A stretch of 64,000 bases of DNA, from the NCBI GenBank assembly GCA_033722155.1, contig JAWVZN010000004.1, positions 3,959 to 67,958 on the forward strand. The letters are read 5' to 3'. This stretch comes from Gemmatimonadota bacterium (GTDB taxonomy: Bacteria; Gemmatimonadota; Gemmatimonadetes; JACCXV01; JAHWKZ01). This document shows, piece after piece, positions 10,204 to 19,593 of the stretch; positions within the stretch are counted from its first letter, which is position 1; each line of letters opens with the position of its first letter. Position numbers and translations under genes: made by a program. Under the pieces are notes generated by a model. The model did no database searches, was not told the origin of the DNA, and saw nothing but the letters and a program-made list of their open reading frames with translations.

Positions 10204-10940
10204 GCGGATCCCGGGCGGAGCGGTTCCGCCGCGCGCGCGGCGATCCGGCCCTGGCGGTGCTGGAGGGTTTCCACGCGCTCAAGCACGCCCTGCGTTTCGG
10301 CGCCGAGATCGAGGAGGCGGCGACCCGGGACCCCGATTCCCTGGAGCGTCTGGCGACCTCGCTTGCGCCCGACGTCGCGGGGGCGATCTCCGGTCTGGCC
10401 GAGCCGGTGGAGGAGGACGTCTTCGAGCGGCTCGTGCCGCGCCCTCCGGCGACCGGCGTGGTGGCGATCGCGCGCCGCCCCCCGGTGGACCCCGACGGGG
10501 TCGCCGCCTCCGGTTCGGAGGAGCCCCTGGTCCTGCTCGACCGGCCTCGCCGTCTCGGCAACGTCGGAGCCGCCGTCCGGGTAGCCGCGGCGGCGGGCGC
10601 CGCCGGGGTTCTCGCCACCGGGCGCCACGACCCGTGGCACCCGGCGGCGCTGCGCGGCTCCGCGGGCCTCCACTTCGCTCTGCCGGTCGCGCGGGTCGAC
10701 GCCCTCCCGGAGGGCGATCGCCCCCGGGTGGCGATCGACCCCGAGGGGGAGCCGATCTCCCCGGGCGTGGTCCCGGCAGGGGCGGCGCTCCTCTTCGGCA
10801 CCGAACGGTGCGGGCTCGACGAGGCCACGGCGGAACGCGCCGAGCGCCGGCTCGCCATCCCGATGCGGCCCGGCGTCTCGAGCCTCAACCTCGCCACCGC
10901 GGTCGCGGTGGTCCTCTACGCCTGGCGGTTCGCCCGATGA
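10200..10940 (+). CDS. TrmH/SpoU family RNA methyltransferase
   Basis: SPOUT motifs GNVGAAVR, FGTERCGL, IPMRPGVSSLNLATA. Confidence 0.88.
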   Translation: MSGSRAERFRRARGDPALAVLEGFHALKHALRFGAEIEEAATRDPDSLERLATSLAPDVAGAISGLAEPVEEDVFERLVPRPPATGVVAIARRPPVDPDGVAASGSEEPLVLLDRPRRLGNVGAAVRVAAAAGAAGVLATGRHDPWHPAALRGSAGLHFALPVARVDALPEGDRPRVAIDPEGEPISPGVVPAGAALLFGTERCGLDEATAERAERRLAIPMRPGVSSLNLATAVAVVLYAWRFAR

Positions 10941-11734
10941 CGAGCGGGAACCCGCCGGACCGTCGGGTGCTGCCGTTCCCCCGCGCGCGGAAGCTCGTGA
11001 TCGACGCCTGCCGGTACGGCAAGCGGAAGAACACGATCCGGGGACTCCTCTCCATGGACGTGACCGAGCCCCGGCGTCGGATCGCCGAGCTGGAGGAGCG
11101 GACCGGAGAGCGAATCTCGTTCACCGCCTTCGTGATCCACTGCCTCGCCGCCGCGGTGGCCGAGGATCGCACGCTCCACGCCTACCGCGACTGGAGGGGC
11201 CGCCTGGTGGTCTTCGACGACGTCGACGTGAACGCGATCGTGGAACGGGAGGTGGAGGGGGCGAAGATGGGCGTCGTCCACTTGATCCGGGCCGCCGATC
11301 GGAAGGGCGTGAAGGAGATCCACGCCGACCTACTGGCCGCCCGCGCCCGCCCGGTCCGGACTCGGGAGCACCCGTTCTGGCGCGCCTACCTGGCCCTCCC
11401 GGGCTTCGTCCGGGGGTGGATCTGGCGGATCGCGGGCCGCTTTCCCAGCGTGGTGAAGCGGGCAGGCGGCACCGTGGCGATCACCGCGGTCGGGATGCAC
11501 GCGCGCGGCGGCGGGTGGGGGATCGGGATCGGCTCCCACACGCTGGGGCTCACCCTGGGCGGGATCGAAACCCGCCCGAGGGTGGTGGAGGACGAGATCG
11601 TGGTCCGGGAGATGCTGGACGTCACCTGCGCCTTCGACCACGACGTGATCGACGGCGCGCCCGCGGCCCGCTTCACGCGGCGGCTGAAGGAACGGGTCGA
11701 GCGCGGGGACGGGCTGCCGGAGGCGAGACGATGA
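10937..11734 (+). CDS. stand-alone 2-oxoacid dehydrogenase E2-type acyltransferase catalytic domain
   Basis: ATG 10937; catalytic motif FDHDVIDGAPAARF; no lipoyl domain. Confidence 0.8.
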   Translation: MTSGNPPDRRVLPFPRARKLVIDACRYGKRKNTIRGLLSMDVTEPRRRIAELEERTGERISFTAFVIHCLAAAVAEDRTLHAYRDWRGRLVVFDDVDVNAIVEREVEGAKMGVVHLIRAADRKGVKEIHADLLAARARPVRTREHPFWRAYLALPGFVRGWIWRIAGRFPSVVKRAGGTVAITAVGMHARGGGWGIGIGSHTLGLTLGGIETRPRVVEDEIVVREMLDVTCAFDHDVIDGAPAARFTRRLKERVERGDGLPEARR

Positions 11735-12441
11735 CGACGACACGACCGGCCCTGATCGCTCTGGCGGCGGTGCTCTCGATCGGCGGGCTCGTCCTCGCCG
11801 CGCCCCGCTTCCTCGTCGAGGAGCTCGACCGCCGCGCCGGGGAGGTCCTCTTCTCGCTGGACGCGACCCGGCCGGTGCTCGCCCTCACCATCGACGACGG
11901 GCCCTCCCGGCACACCGGGGAGATCCTCGACCTGCTCGACGCCCACGGGGTCGAGGCCACCTTCTTCCTGATCGGCGAGCGCGTCCGTGCGCGGCCCGAC
12001 GTCGTGCGCCGGATCGTCGCCGAGGGCCACGAGATCGCCAATCACGCCATGGAGGACCGCACCAGCGTGCTGCTCGGGGAGGAGGAGTTCGAGCGACGTC
12101 TGCTGGATGCGGACCGGATCCTCTCCCGCTTCGACGAGCCCGAGTGGTTCCGTCCCGGCGGGGGATGGTTCGACGGCGGGATGGTGCGGCGCGCGCGGCG
12201 GGCGGGGTACCGGGTCGCGCTCGGCTCGATGCTTCCGATCGACGCCTGGCTGCCCGTCGCCCCCGTCGTCGCGGAGTACGTGGAGTACCACGCCCGTCCG
12301 GGCGCCATCCTGATCCTCCACGACGGCCCGGACCGGGGCGCGAAGACGGTCGAGGTGCTCCGCGAGCTTCTCCCCGCCCTGGAGCGGAAGGGGCTGGATG
12401 CGACCACGCTGAGTGGAGTGGTCGGAGCGACGGAGGGCTAG
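11731..12441 (+). CDS. polysaccharide deacetylase (CE4/NodB), membrane-anchored
   Basis: Motifs LTIDDGP, ATFFLIG, HEIANH, FRPGGG, ILILHDG. Confidence 0.88.
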   Translation: MTTTRPALIALAAVLSIGGLVLAAPRFLVEELDRRAGEVLFSLDATRPVLALTIDDGPSRHTGEILDLLDAHGVEATFFLIGERVRARPDVVRRIVAEGHEIANHAMEDRTSVLLGEEEFERRLLDADRILSRFDEPEWFRPGGGWFDGGMVRRARRAGYRVALGSMLPIDAWLPVAPVVAEYVEYHARPGAILILHDGPDRGAKTVEVLRELLPALERKGLDATTLSGVVGATEG

Positions 12442-13169
12442 CCCCGGGCCCTCCCGGAGAGGATCTCTCGCGCCCGGGCGAGCCGCTCGCGGTTGCCCAC
12501 CTCGAGCCAACGCGCGTCGCCGGCGTCCCAGGGAGCGATCCGCCTCCCCGCCTCCACGAGATCGAGATAGGCGCGGACGATCGAGAACGCCCCGCTCCGG
12601 TCGACCCGCCCGAAGAACGCGGGCTCGATCACGTGGACCCCGGCGAAGGGCCACCGGCGGACGGGGCCGGCAGCCTCGCGGACCCGCTCCGACGCGCCGG
12701 TGGCGGCGTTCTCCCAGCCGAGCAGGCCCGCCTCGTCGAACAGGAGCGTCCGGTCGGTGTCCCGGCGCTGGACCGCCAGGGTGGCGATCGCGTCATCCTC
12801 GCGGTGGGCGGCATACAGCGCCTCCAGGTCCAGATCGCTGATCACGTCCACGTTGTGGACGAAGAACGGCGCCTCTCCGCGGAAGTGGGGCTCGGCGTTC
12901 GCCACGCCCCCGCCCGTTCCCAGGAGCCCCTGCGGCTCGTGCGAGACCCGGACCTCGGCTCCGTAGTCGACCGTGGCGAGGTGGCGCTCGACCGCGCCGG
13001 CGAGGTGGTGGACGTTGACGATCAGCCGGTCGGCGCGGGCGGCCACGAGCCGGCGGGCTACCCGATCGAGCATCGGGACCCCGTCGACCTCCACCAGCGC
13101 CTTCGGCGTCGTCTCGGTGATCGGGCGAAGCCGGGTCCCCCGCCCCGCCGCGAGAATCATCGCGTCCAC
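12438..13169 (-). CDS. MurU-like nucleotidyltransferase (MurNAc-1-P uridylyltransferase family)
   Basis: GTG 13169 after SD GAGGAGG; AMILAAGRGTRLRPIT..PKAL, GTGGG; directly after an AmgK-like kinase. Confidence 0.8.
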   Translation of the reverse strand: MDAMILAAGRGTRLRPITETTPKALVEVDGVPMLDRVARRLVAARADRLIVNVHHLAGAVERHLATVDYGAEVRVSHEPQGLLGTGGGVANAEPHFRGEAPFFVHNVDVISDLDLEALYAAHREDDAIATLAVQRRDTDRTLLFDEAGLLGWENAATGASERVREAAGPVRRWPFAGVHVIEPAFFGRVDRSGAFSIVRAYLDLVEAGRRIAPWDAGDARWLEVGNRERLARAREILSGRARG

Positions 13170-14626
13170 GCGTCCTCCTCGGCGATCCGCGGCCAGCGCG
13201 GCTCCTCGCGGTGGACGATCCGGACCCGGACGTCGGGGAAGCGCTGCTCGATCCGCCCCGCGATCCGCTCCACCAGATAGACGGATCGGTGCCGGCCGCC
13301 GGTGCAGCCGTAGGCGACCGAGAGGCTCGTGAACCCCCGCCGGCGGTACTCCTCGACCTGGGCCTCCACCAGCTCCGCCGTCCGCTCCAGGAAGGCCGCC
13401 ACGGAGGGCCGTTCCTCGAGCCACCCGGCCACCGCCTCGTCCAGGCCGGTCCGGTCGGCGTGCTCCTCCTCGCGGCCGGGGTTGGGGAGCCCGCGGCAGT
13501 CGAAGACGAAGCCGCCGCCGTGGCCGGCGGCGTCCTCGGGGTACCCTCCCTCGTAGCTGAAGCTGGTGAGGTACACCGTGAGGCCCGCTTCCTCGACGTC
13601 CGGCTCCCCGGAGCCCTCCCACTCCTCGACGATCCGCTCGAAGGCGGCCTGCATCTCGGGGAGCTCGACGGGGAGGCCCCGCTCGAGGATCCGCCGGAGG
13701 TTCGCTGCGGCGTAGGGAACGCTGTGGAGGAACCGGGCCTTCCGCTCGTAGAAGCCGCGGTAGCCGTAGGCGCCCAGCGCCTGCGCGATGCGGACGACGA
13801 CGTAGCCCCGATAGTGGGCGCGGAAGGCCTCGCGGTCCACCTCGCGTCGCTCCTCGAGCCGGTCGAGGTAGTGCTCGAGCAACGACGCCCGCGTCTCCTC
13901 CGGCAGGTCCGCCTTGGCGTCGTACAGGATCGAGGCGACGTCGTAGTGGAGCGCCCCCCGGCGGCCGCCCTGATAGTCGAGGAACCACGGCGAGCCCTCC
14001 CGCACCATCACGTTGCGGGACTGGAAGTCGCGGTACAGGAAGAAGGAGGTGTCGGCCTCCAGCAGGAAATCGGCCAGGGCGTGAAAGTCGGTCTCGAGGC
14101 GCTGCTCGTGGAAGGGGATCCGGGCGAGCTTCAGGAAGTGGTACTTGAAGTACGCGAGGTCCCACAGGATCGACTGACGGTCGAAGGCCGCTCGCGGGTA
14201 GGCGAGATCGTAGTCGACGACCCGGTCGCCCTCGATCTGGAAGCGGATCAGCTCCTCGAGCGCCGCGCGGTAGACGGCGAGGATCTCCTCGGGAGCGCGC
14301 TCCCCCTCGCGGCGGGCCTCCTCGAGCAGGTCGAACAGCGTGGTGTCGCCGAGATCCTCCATGATCCACACCCCGGCCTCCTCGTCGGCCGCGTGGATCT
14401 CCGGTACCGGCAGGCCGATCGAGCGGAACGCGCGGCTGAACGAGAGAAAGGCCCGGTTCTCCTCGCGGTCGGGTCCGAGCGCGGCGACCGCGGTCTCGCC
14501 ACCGGGCCCGATCAGGCGCCAGTAGCGGCGCCGCGAGCCGTGGGCCGCGACGTCCTCCACCGACTCGGGAGGAGCGCCGAAGCGCCTCTCGAAGAAGTCG
14601 AGGGCGGGGTCCGGAACGTCGGGCAT
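13157..14626 (-). CDS. AmgK-like phosphotransferase fused to a RapZ C-terminal domain
   Basis: Kinase motifs GSRRRYWR, EDLGD, YRDFQSRN, LDYQGG; RapZ-C motifs SFSY..GGGFVFDCRGLPNPGR and GCTGGRHRSV. Confidence 0.85.
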   Translation of the reverse strand: MPDVPDPALDFFERRFGAPPESVEDVAAHGSRRRYWRLIGPGGETAVAALGPDREENRAFLSFSRAFRSIGLPVPEIHAADEEAGVWIMEDLGDTTLFDLLEEARREGERAPEEILAVYRAALEELIRFQIEGDRVVDYDLAYPRAAFDRQSILWDLAYFKYHFLKLARIPFHEQRLETDFHALADFLLEADTSFFLYRDFQSRNVMVREGSPWFLDYQGGRRGALHYDVASILYDAKADLPEETRASLLEHYLDRLEERREVDREAFRAHYRGYVVVRIAQALGAYGYRGFYERKARFLHSVPYAAANLRRILERGLPVELPEMQAAFERIVEEWEGSGEPDVEEAGLTVYLTSFSYEGGYPEDAAGHGGGFVFDCRGLPNPGREEEHADRTGLDEAVAGWLEERPSVAAFLERTAELVEAQVEEYRRRGFTSLSVAYGCTGGRHRSVYLVERIAGRIEQRFPDVRVRIVHREEPRWPRIAEEDAWTR

Positions 14627-14810
14627 CGGAGTGGGAACCTCGGGCCCGCGCGGGGACCGGGCAAGCGCCTCGGTCGGCCGGCCGCACCGGCTCCGGTCGT
14701 AAGATTCCCTCTTGGATCGCGCCCCTCCGCGCCGTAAGATGAACCATGGAGCAGACCGGAAAGGGAGGAAGCATGCGCCGGGACGACCGAACGCCGGCCG
14801 GAGCGCGCCG

Positions 14811-15332
14811 ATGACCCGGGAGCCGGAGCGGCTCGCTTCGCAGGCCCGCATCGTCGCCCTCGCCCTGGCGGCGGGCGCCCTCGTGACCGCCGGCGTTGCG
14901 GTGGCTCTCGTCGACGGCGGCCCGATCGCCGATCTCGGCCCCGGGACCGACCGGCTCCTCCTGCTGGGGTGGGCCGGGGTGACGCTCGGGTGCGCGGCGG
15001 CGTGGTACGCGCTGTGGCGCAGGGCGAAGGACCTGGGCACCTCGACCGCGGGCCTCCGGCGCGTCCACGGCGACGGGGAGGCACCCGGTCCCGGGCGGGC
15101 CTTCGGCTCGCTCGTGGCGGCGTGGGCCGTGCTCGAGGCCTCCGCGGTTCTCGGCGCGGTGGTGTACATGATGACCGCGCGCGGCGCGGCCCTGGCGGGA
15201 GGCTTGCTGGTGATGGCGCTCGGAATGGCGCTCTCCTTTCCGCGATCGGAGTGGTTCGCCCCGTTTCGGGGGCACGAGTTGCCGGAGGGTCCGGAGCGAC
15301 GACCGGGATCGGAGAGGGAGGAGACACGATGA
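14811..15332 (+). CDS. hypothetical membrane protein (about 4 TM)
   Basis: Hydrophobic helices; stop overlaps the next ATG. Confidence 0.65.
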   Translation: MTREPERLASQARIVALALAAGALVTAGVAVALVDGGPIADLGPGTDRLLLLGWAGVTLGCAAAWYALWRRAKDLGTSTAGLRRVHGDGEAPGPGRAFGSLVAAWAVLEASAVLGAVVYMMTARGAALAGGLLVMALGMALSFPRSEWFAPFRGHELPEGPERRPGSEREETR

Positions 15333-15715
15333 CGAGCGAGGAGAGGCGGAGCCGCTCACCGCGGATCGAGGAGATCTCGTGGGGCGAGCTCCGAGTCGAG
15401 GGGCGGGACGCCCCGTACAAGGACGCCAAGCTGTGGCCGGGCGGCTCGCGCGAATGGGACTGGAACGAGACCGGGACCGGGCACGTGCCCGGCGTCCAGC
15501 CGGCCGACGTCGAGGAGCTGTTGGAGCACGGGGCCGAGACGGTGGTCCTGGGGCGCGGGATGATGGGGGCCCTCCAAGTGAAGGAGGAGACCCTCGAGAT
15601 GCTCGAAGATCGGGGCGTCGACGTCCACGTGGAGCGCACGAAGGAGGCGGTCCGCCGGTACAACGAGCTCGCCGCCGCCGAGCCGGTCGGCGCGCTGATC
15701 CACTCGACGTGCTGA
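15329..15715 (+). CDS. Mth938-like domain protein (DUF498/AAMDC)
   Basis: Motifs [40 protein letters not shown]. Confidence 0.88.
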   Translation: MTSEERRSRSPRIEEISWGELRVEGRDAPYKDAKLWPGGSREWDWNETGTGHVPGVQPADVEELLEHGAETVVLGRGMMGALQVKEETLEMLEDRGVDVHVERTKEAVRRYNELAAAEPVGALIHSTC

Positions 15716-15722
15716 GCGCCGC

Positions 15723-16211
15723 GTGGCGTCCGAGGTGAGGAGCGCGACCTTCGCCGCGGGGTGCTTCTGGGGCGTGGAGCGGGAGCTCCGCCGCCTGGAG
15801 GGCGTGGTGGACGCCGAGGTGGGGTACACCGGCGGGAGCGTGGAGGACCCCTCCTACGAACAGGTGTGCGCCGGCGGGACCGGCCACGCCGAGGCGGTGC
15901 GCGTAGAGTACGACGAGGAGAAGATTTCCTACGAGGAGCTCCTCGACGCCTTCTTCGAGATCCACGATCCCACCCAGGTGAACCGCCAGGGTCCCGACGT
16001 GGGCGAGCAGTACCGCTCGGCGATCTTCGTCCACGACTCCGACCAGGCGGCCGCCGCCCGTCGGGCGATCGCCGAGCGGGAGGATCGCCACGACCGCCCG
16101 ATCGCCACGCGGATCGAGCCCGCCGGTTCCTTCTGGCGGGCCGAGGAGTACCACCAGCGGTACCACGAGAAGCGCCGAAGGAGAGGGGGAATGCGTTGGT
16201 CGACATCCTGA
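15723..16211 (+). CDS. msrA: peptide-methionine (S)-S-oxide reductase
   Basis: Motifs [34 protein letters not shown]. Confidence 0.95.
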   Translation: MASEVRSATFAAGCFWGVERELRRLEGVVDAEVGYTGGSVEDPSYEQVCAGGTGHAEAVRVEYDEEKISYEELLDAFFEIHDPTQVNRQGPDVGEQYRSAIFVHDSDQAAAARRAIAEREDRHDRPIATRIEPAGSFWRAEEYHQRYHEKRRRRGGMRWSTS

Positions 16212-16426
16212 GCCCGCCGCTCCGCCGCTCGCGGGAGCACCGGATGATCGCCGGGGTGATGGGCGGGATCGCCGAGCACTTCGACCTGAACCTCACGCTG
16301 CTTCGGATCCTGTACGTGGTCGTGTCGGTCGTATCGGTCGCCTTCCCCGGAATCGTCGTCTATCTGATCCTGTGGCTCCTGATCCCGAAGCGGAAGGCGG
16401 GGGAGGAGCCGCCGCGGGCGGGATGA
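16196..16426 (+). CDS. PspC domain protein
   Basis: TTG 16196; [30 protein letters not shown]. Confidence 0.8.
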   Translation: MVDILSPPLRRSREHRMIAGVMGGIAEHFDLNLTLLRILYVVVSVVSVAFPGIVVYLILWLLIPKRKAGEEPPRAG

Positions 16427-16932
16427 GCGGCACCGCCGACGCCGCGGCCCACGAGGAGGTGAAGCGTCGCGCGATGGACCTGCTGGCGCGCCGCGAGCAC
16501 TCGGTGAAGGAGCTCGCGGAGAAGCTCGAGCGGAGGACCGACGCCGACTCCTCGACCGTCCGGTCGGTGGTCGAGGATCTCGCCGACAAGGATCTCGTCA
16601 GCGACGAGCGTTTCGCCGCCGCCTACGCCCGCGACGCGGTCCGGCTCAACCCGAAGGCCTCCCGGCGGATCGTCTCCGAGCTCACCCGCAAGGGTGTGCC
16701 CGCCCGGGTCGCCGCGCCGGCGGTGGAATCGGCGTTCGAGGAGGAGGAGGTCGACGATCGCTCGCTCGCCTTCCGCCTCGCCGAGACGTATCGGGGCAGG
16801 CTCGAGGACGAGCCCCCCGCGACCCAGTGGCGGCGGCTCGCCGGATACCTCCAGCGGCGGGGATTCGGCGGAGGCCTCGTCTACGACGTGTGCGAGGCGC
16901 TTCTGCCCGAGGCGGGGGAAGGCGGGCGATAG
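16423..16932 (+). CDS. recX: regulatory protein RecX
   Basis: AMDLLARREHSVKEL, DERFA, YLQRRGF; directly upstream of alaS. Confidence 0.88.
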   Translation: MSGTADAAAHEEVKRRAMDLLARREHSVKELAEKLERRTDADSSTVRSVVEDLADKDLVSDERFAAAYARDAVRLNPKASRRIVSELTRKGVPARVAAPAVESAFEEEEVDDRSLAFRLAETYRGRLEDEPPATQWRRLAGYLQRRGFGGGLVYDVCEALLPEAGEGGR

Positions 16933-16980
16933 GCCCTCCCCTTTGGCAGGTCCCTGGCGCGGTGGATACTTTTTCTCCCC

Positions 16981-19593
16981 GTGACCGGCAACGAGATCCG
17001 CCAGCGCTTCCTGGACTATTTCGTCGCGAAGGGGCACACCCGCGTGGCCTCCGCCCCCCTCGTACCCCGTGACGACCCCACGCTCCTGTTCGTCAACGCC
17101 GGCATGGTGCCCTTCAAGGACGTCTTCACCGGCGAACGCTCGCTCGAGTACGACCGGGCCTGCTCGTCGCAGAAGTGCCTCCGGGTGTCGGGCAAGCACA
17201 ACGACTTCGAGAACGTGGGCCACACCCCCCGCCACCACACCTTCTTCGAGATGCTCGGCAACTTCTCCTTCGGCGACTACTTCAAGCGGGAGGCGATCGC
17301 GTTCGCCTGGGAGTTCCTGGTCGACGAGCTCGGCCTTTCGCCCGAGCGGCTGTGGGCCAGCGTCCACGAGGACGACGACGAGGCCGCCGCGCTGTGGCCC
17401 GAGGTGACCGGGATCCCCGCCGGCCGCGTGGTGCGCCTCGGCGACAAGGAGAACTTCTGGGCGATGGGCGACACCGGCCCGTGCGGGCCGTGCAGCGAGG
17501 TGTTCTACGACTTCGGCGACGAGTACGGCGAGGGCACGCCGGAGACGAACGAGGAGCGCTACCTCGAGGTGTGGAACCTCGTGTTCATGCAGTTCGAGCG
17601 GAAGGCGGACGGCACCCAGGTGGAGCTGCCGAACCCCTCGGTCGACACCGGGATGGGGCTCGAGCGGATCGCCGCGGTGATGCAGGGGGTCTACTCCAAC
17701 TACGACTCCGATCTGTTCACGCCATACATGGCGCGGACCGCTGAACTGTTCGACGCCTACAAGTCCGGCTACGAAGAAGGAGAGGAACCGGTCTTCTTTC
17801 GGGTCCTCGCCGACCATGCGCGAGCGACCACCTTCCTGATCGGCGACGGCGTCTACCCCTCGAACGAGGGGCGGGGCTACGTGTTGCGGCGGATCGTCCG
17901 CCGCGCCGTCCGCCACTACTGGAGCCTGGGGACGCGGGAGCCGATGCTCCACCGCCTCGTGGAGACGGTGGTCGACGTCATGGGCGACGCCTATCCCGAC
18001 CTGGTCGAGCAGGAGGGACAGATCCGGACCATCTGCGAGGCGGAGGAGGAGCGGTTCCTCCAGACGATCGACCAGGGGATGGAGATCCTGGAGAGGGTGA
18101 TCGAGGACACCCCCTCCGGCGAGCCGATCCCCGGTGCGGAGGTGTTCCGCCTCCACGACACCTTCGGCTTCCCCCCGGACCTGACCGCGCTGATCGCCCG
18201 CGAGCGGGGCCACGGCATCGACCACGCCGGATACGAGACGCACATGGAACGCCAGCGCGAGCGGGCCCGCGCGGCGGGCGGACTCGGCGAGGAGGAGCGC
18301 GACGCGTTCGAGGCCTCCCTGGAGGAGGCGGGGGTCGAGTCGGAGTTCGTGGGTTACGACGAGCTGTCGATCGACACCGTGGTGGAGCGGGTGGAGCGCT
18401 CGGACGACCGTTTCCGCCTGGTGCTCCGCAGGACCCCGTTCTACGCGACCGGCGGGGGGCAGGTGGCCGACGCCGGCCACGTGGAGGGCGACGCCTTCCG
18501 GCTCTCGGTGGTCGACGTGGAGCGCCACGGGGACGTGTTCGCCCCGGTCGTCGAGCTGGTCGAGGGCGAGCCCGACCGGGTCGTCGCCGGGGCCGAGGTG
18601 CACGCCGCCGTCGACCGCGAGGCCCGCCGCGACACCGAGCGCCACCACACCGTCACCCACGTCGTCCACGCCATCCTGCGGGACCGCCTCGGCCACCACG
18701 TCCGGCAGGCGGGCTCGCTGGTGGCTCCCGACCGGATGCGGTTCGACTTCTCCCACCCGAAACCGCTCGACCCCGAGGAGATCCGCGAGATCGAGGACGC
18801 GGCGAACCGGTGGGTGCTGGAGGACCTGCCCGTGGGCCGGCGGCGCATGGAGTACGAGGAGGCGCGGGCGCAGGGCGCGATGGCGCTGTTCGGGGAGAAG
18901 TACGGCGAGGTGGTCCGGGTGGTGACGATCGGCGACGGCCAGTCGATCGAGCTGTGCGGCGGCTGCCACGTCCGCCGGACCGGCGAGATCGGGCCGGTGA
19001 AGTTCGTCTCCGAGTCGAGCGTGGCCGGCGGGGTGCGGCGGATCGAGGTCGTCGCCGGCTTCCGCGCGCTCGAGGAGTTCCGGCGCCGGGAGGACATCCT
19101 CTCCGAGGCGGCCCGCCGCCTCCGGGTCTCCCCGAGCGAGCTGCCCGGGCGCCTCGAGCACCTCCTCGAGGAGAAGCGCGAGGTGGAGGAGCGCCTCGAG
19201 GAAGCCCGCCGGGAGGCCCTCGAGGGGGGCGCGCCCGAGGAGCGCTCGACCGTGGTCGACGGCGTGGAGGTGCTCACCCTGCGGGCGCGCCCGGTCTCGA
19301 TGGACGACTTCCGCTCCATCGGCGACGCGGTCCGCGACCGGCTCGACAGCGGGGTGGGTGTGGTGGGGGCCGCCATGGACGGCAAGGCCCACCTGATCGC
19401 GGTCGTCACCGACGATCTGATCGAGGCGGGCACGATCGGCGCCAACGCGGTGATCCAGGACCTCGCCCGGGTGATCGGCGGCGGGGGAGGGGGCCGGGAC
19501 CACCTCGCCCAGGCGGGCGGCAAGGACGTCGACAAGCTCGAGGAAGCGCTGGAGAAGGCCCCCGGAATCGTACGTCGCATCCTCGAGTCGTGA
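16981..19593 (+). CDS. alaS: alanine--tRNA ligase
   Basis: Motifs DPTLLFVNAGM, HHTFFEMLGNFSFG, DTGMGLER, ELCGGCHV, GGGGGR..LAQAGG. Confidence 0.98.
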   Translation: MTGNEIRQRFLDYFVAKGHTRVASAPLVPRDDPTLLFVNAGMVPFKDVFTGERSLEYDRACSSQKCLRVSGKHNDFENVGHTPRHHTFFEMLGNFSFGDYFKREAIAFAWEFLVDELGLSPERLWASVHEDDDEAAALWPEVTGIPAGRVVRLGDKENFWAMGDTGPCGPCSEVFYDFGDEYGEGTPETNEERYLEVWNLVFMQFERKADGTQVELPNPSVDTGMGLERIAAVMQGVYSNYDSDLFTPYMARTAELFDAYKSGYEEGEEPVFFRVLADHARATTFLIGDGVYPSNEGRGYVLRRIVRRAVRHYWSLGTREPMLHRLVETVVDVMGDAYPDLVEQEGQIRTICEAEEERFLQTIDQGMEILERVIEDTPSGEPIPGAEVFRLHDTFGFPPDLTALIARERGHGIDHAGYETHMERQRERARAAGGLGEEERDAFEASLEEAGVESEFVGYDELSIDTVVERVERSDDRFRLVLRRTPFYATGGGQVADAGHVEGDAFRLSVVDVERHGDVFAPVVELVEGEPDRVVAGAEVHAAVDREARRDTERHHTVTHVVHAILRDRLGHHVRQAGSLVAPDRMRFDFSHPKPLDPEEIREIEDAANRWVLEDLPVGRRRMEYEEARAQGAMALFGEKYGEVVRVVTIGDGQSIELCGGCHVRRTGEIGPVKFVSESSVAGGVRRIEVVAGFRALEEFRRREDILSEAARRLRVSPSELPGRLEHLLEEKREVEERLEEARREALEGGAPEERSTVVDGVEVLTLRARPVSMDDFRSIGDAVRDRLDSGVGVVGAAMDGKAHLIAVVTDDLIEAGTIGANAVIQDLARVIGGGGGGRDHLAQAGGKDVDKLEEALEKAPGIVRRILES

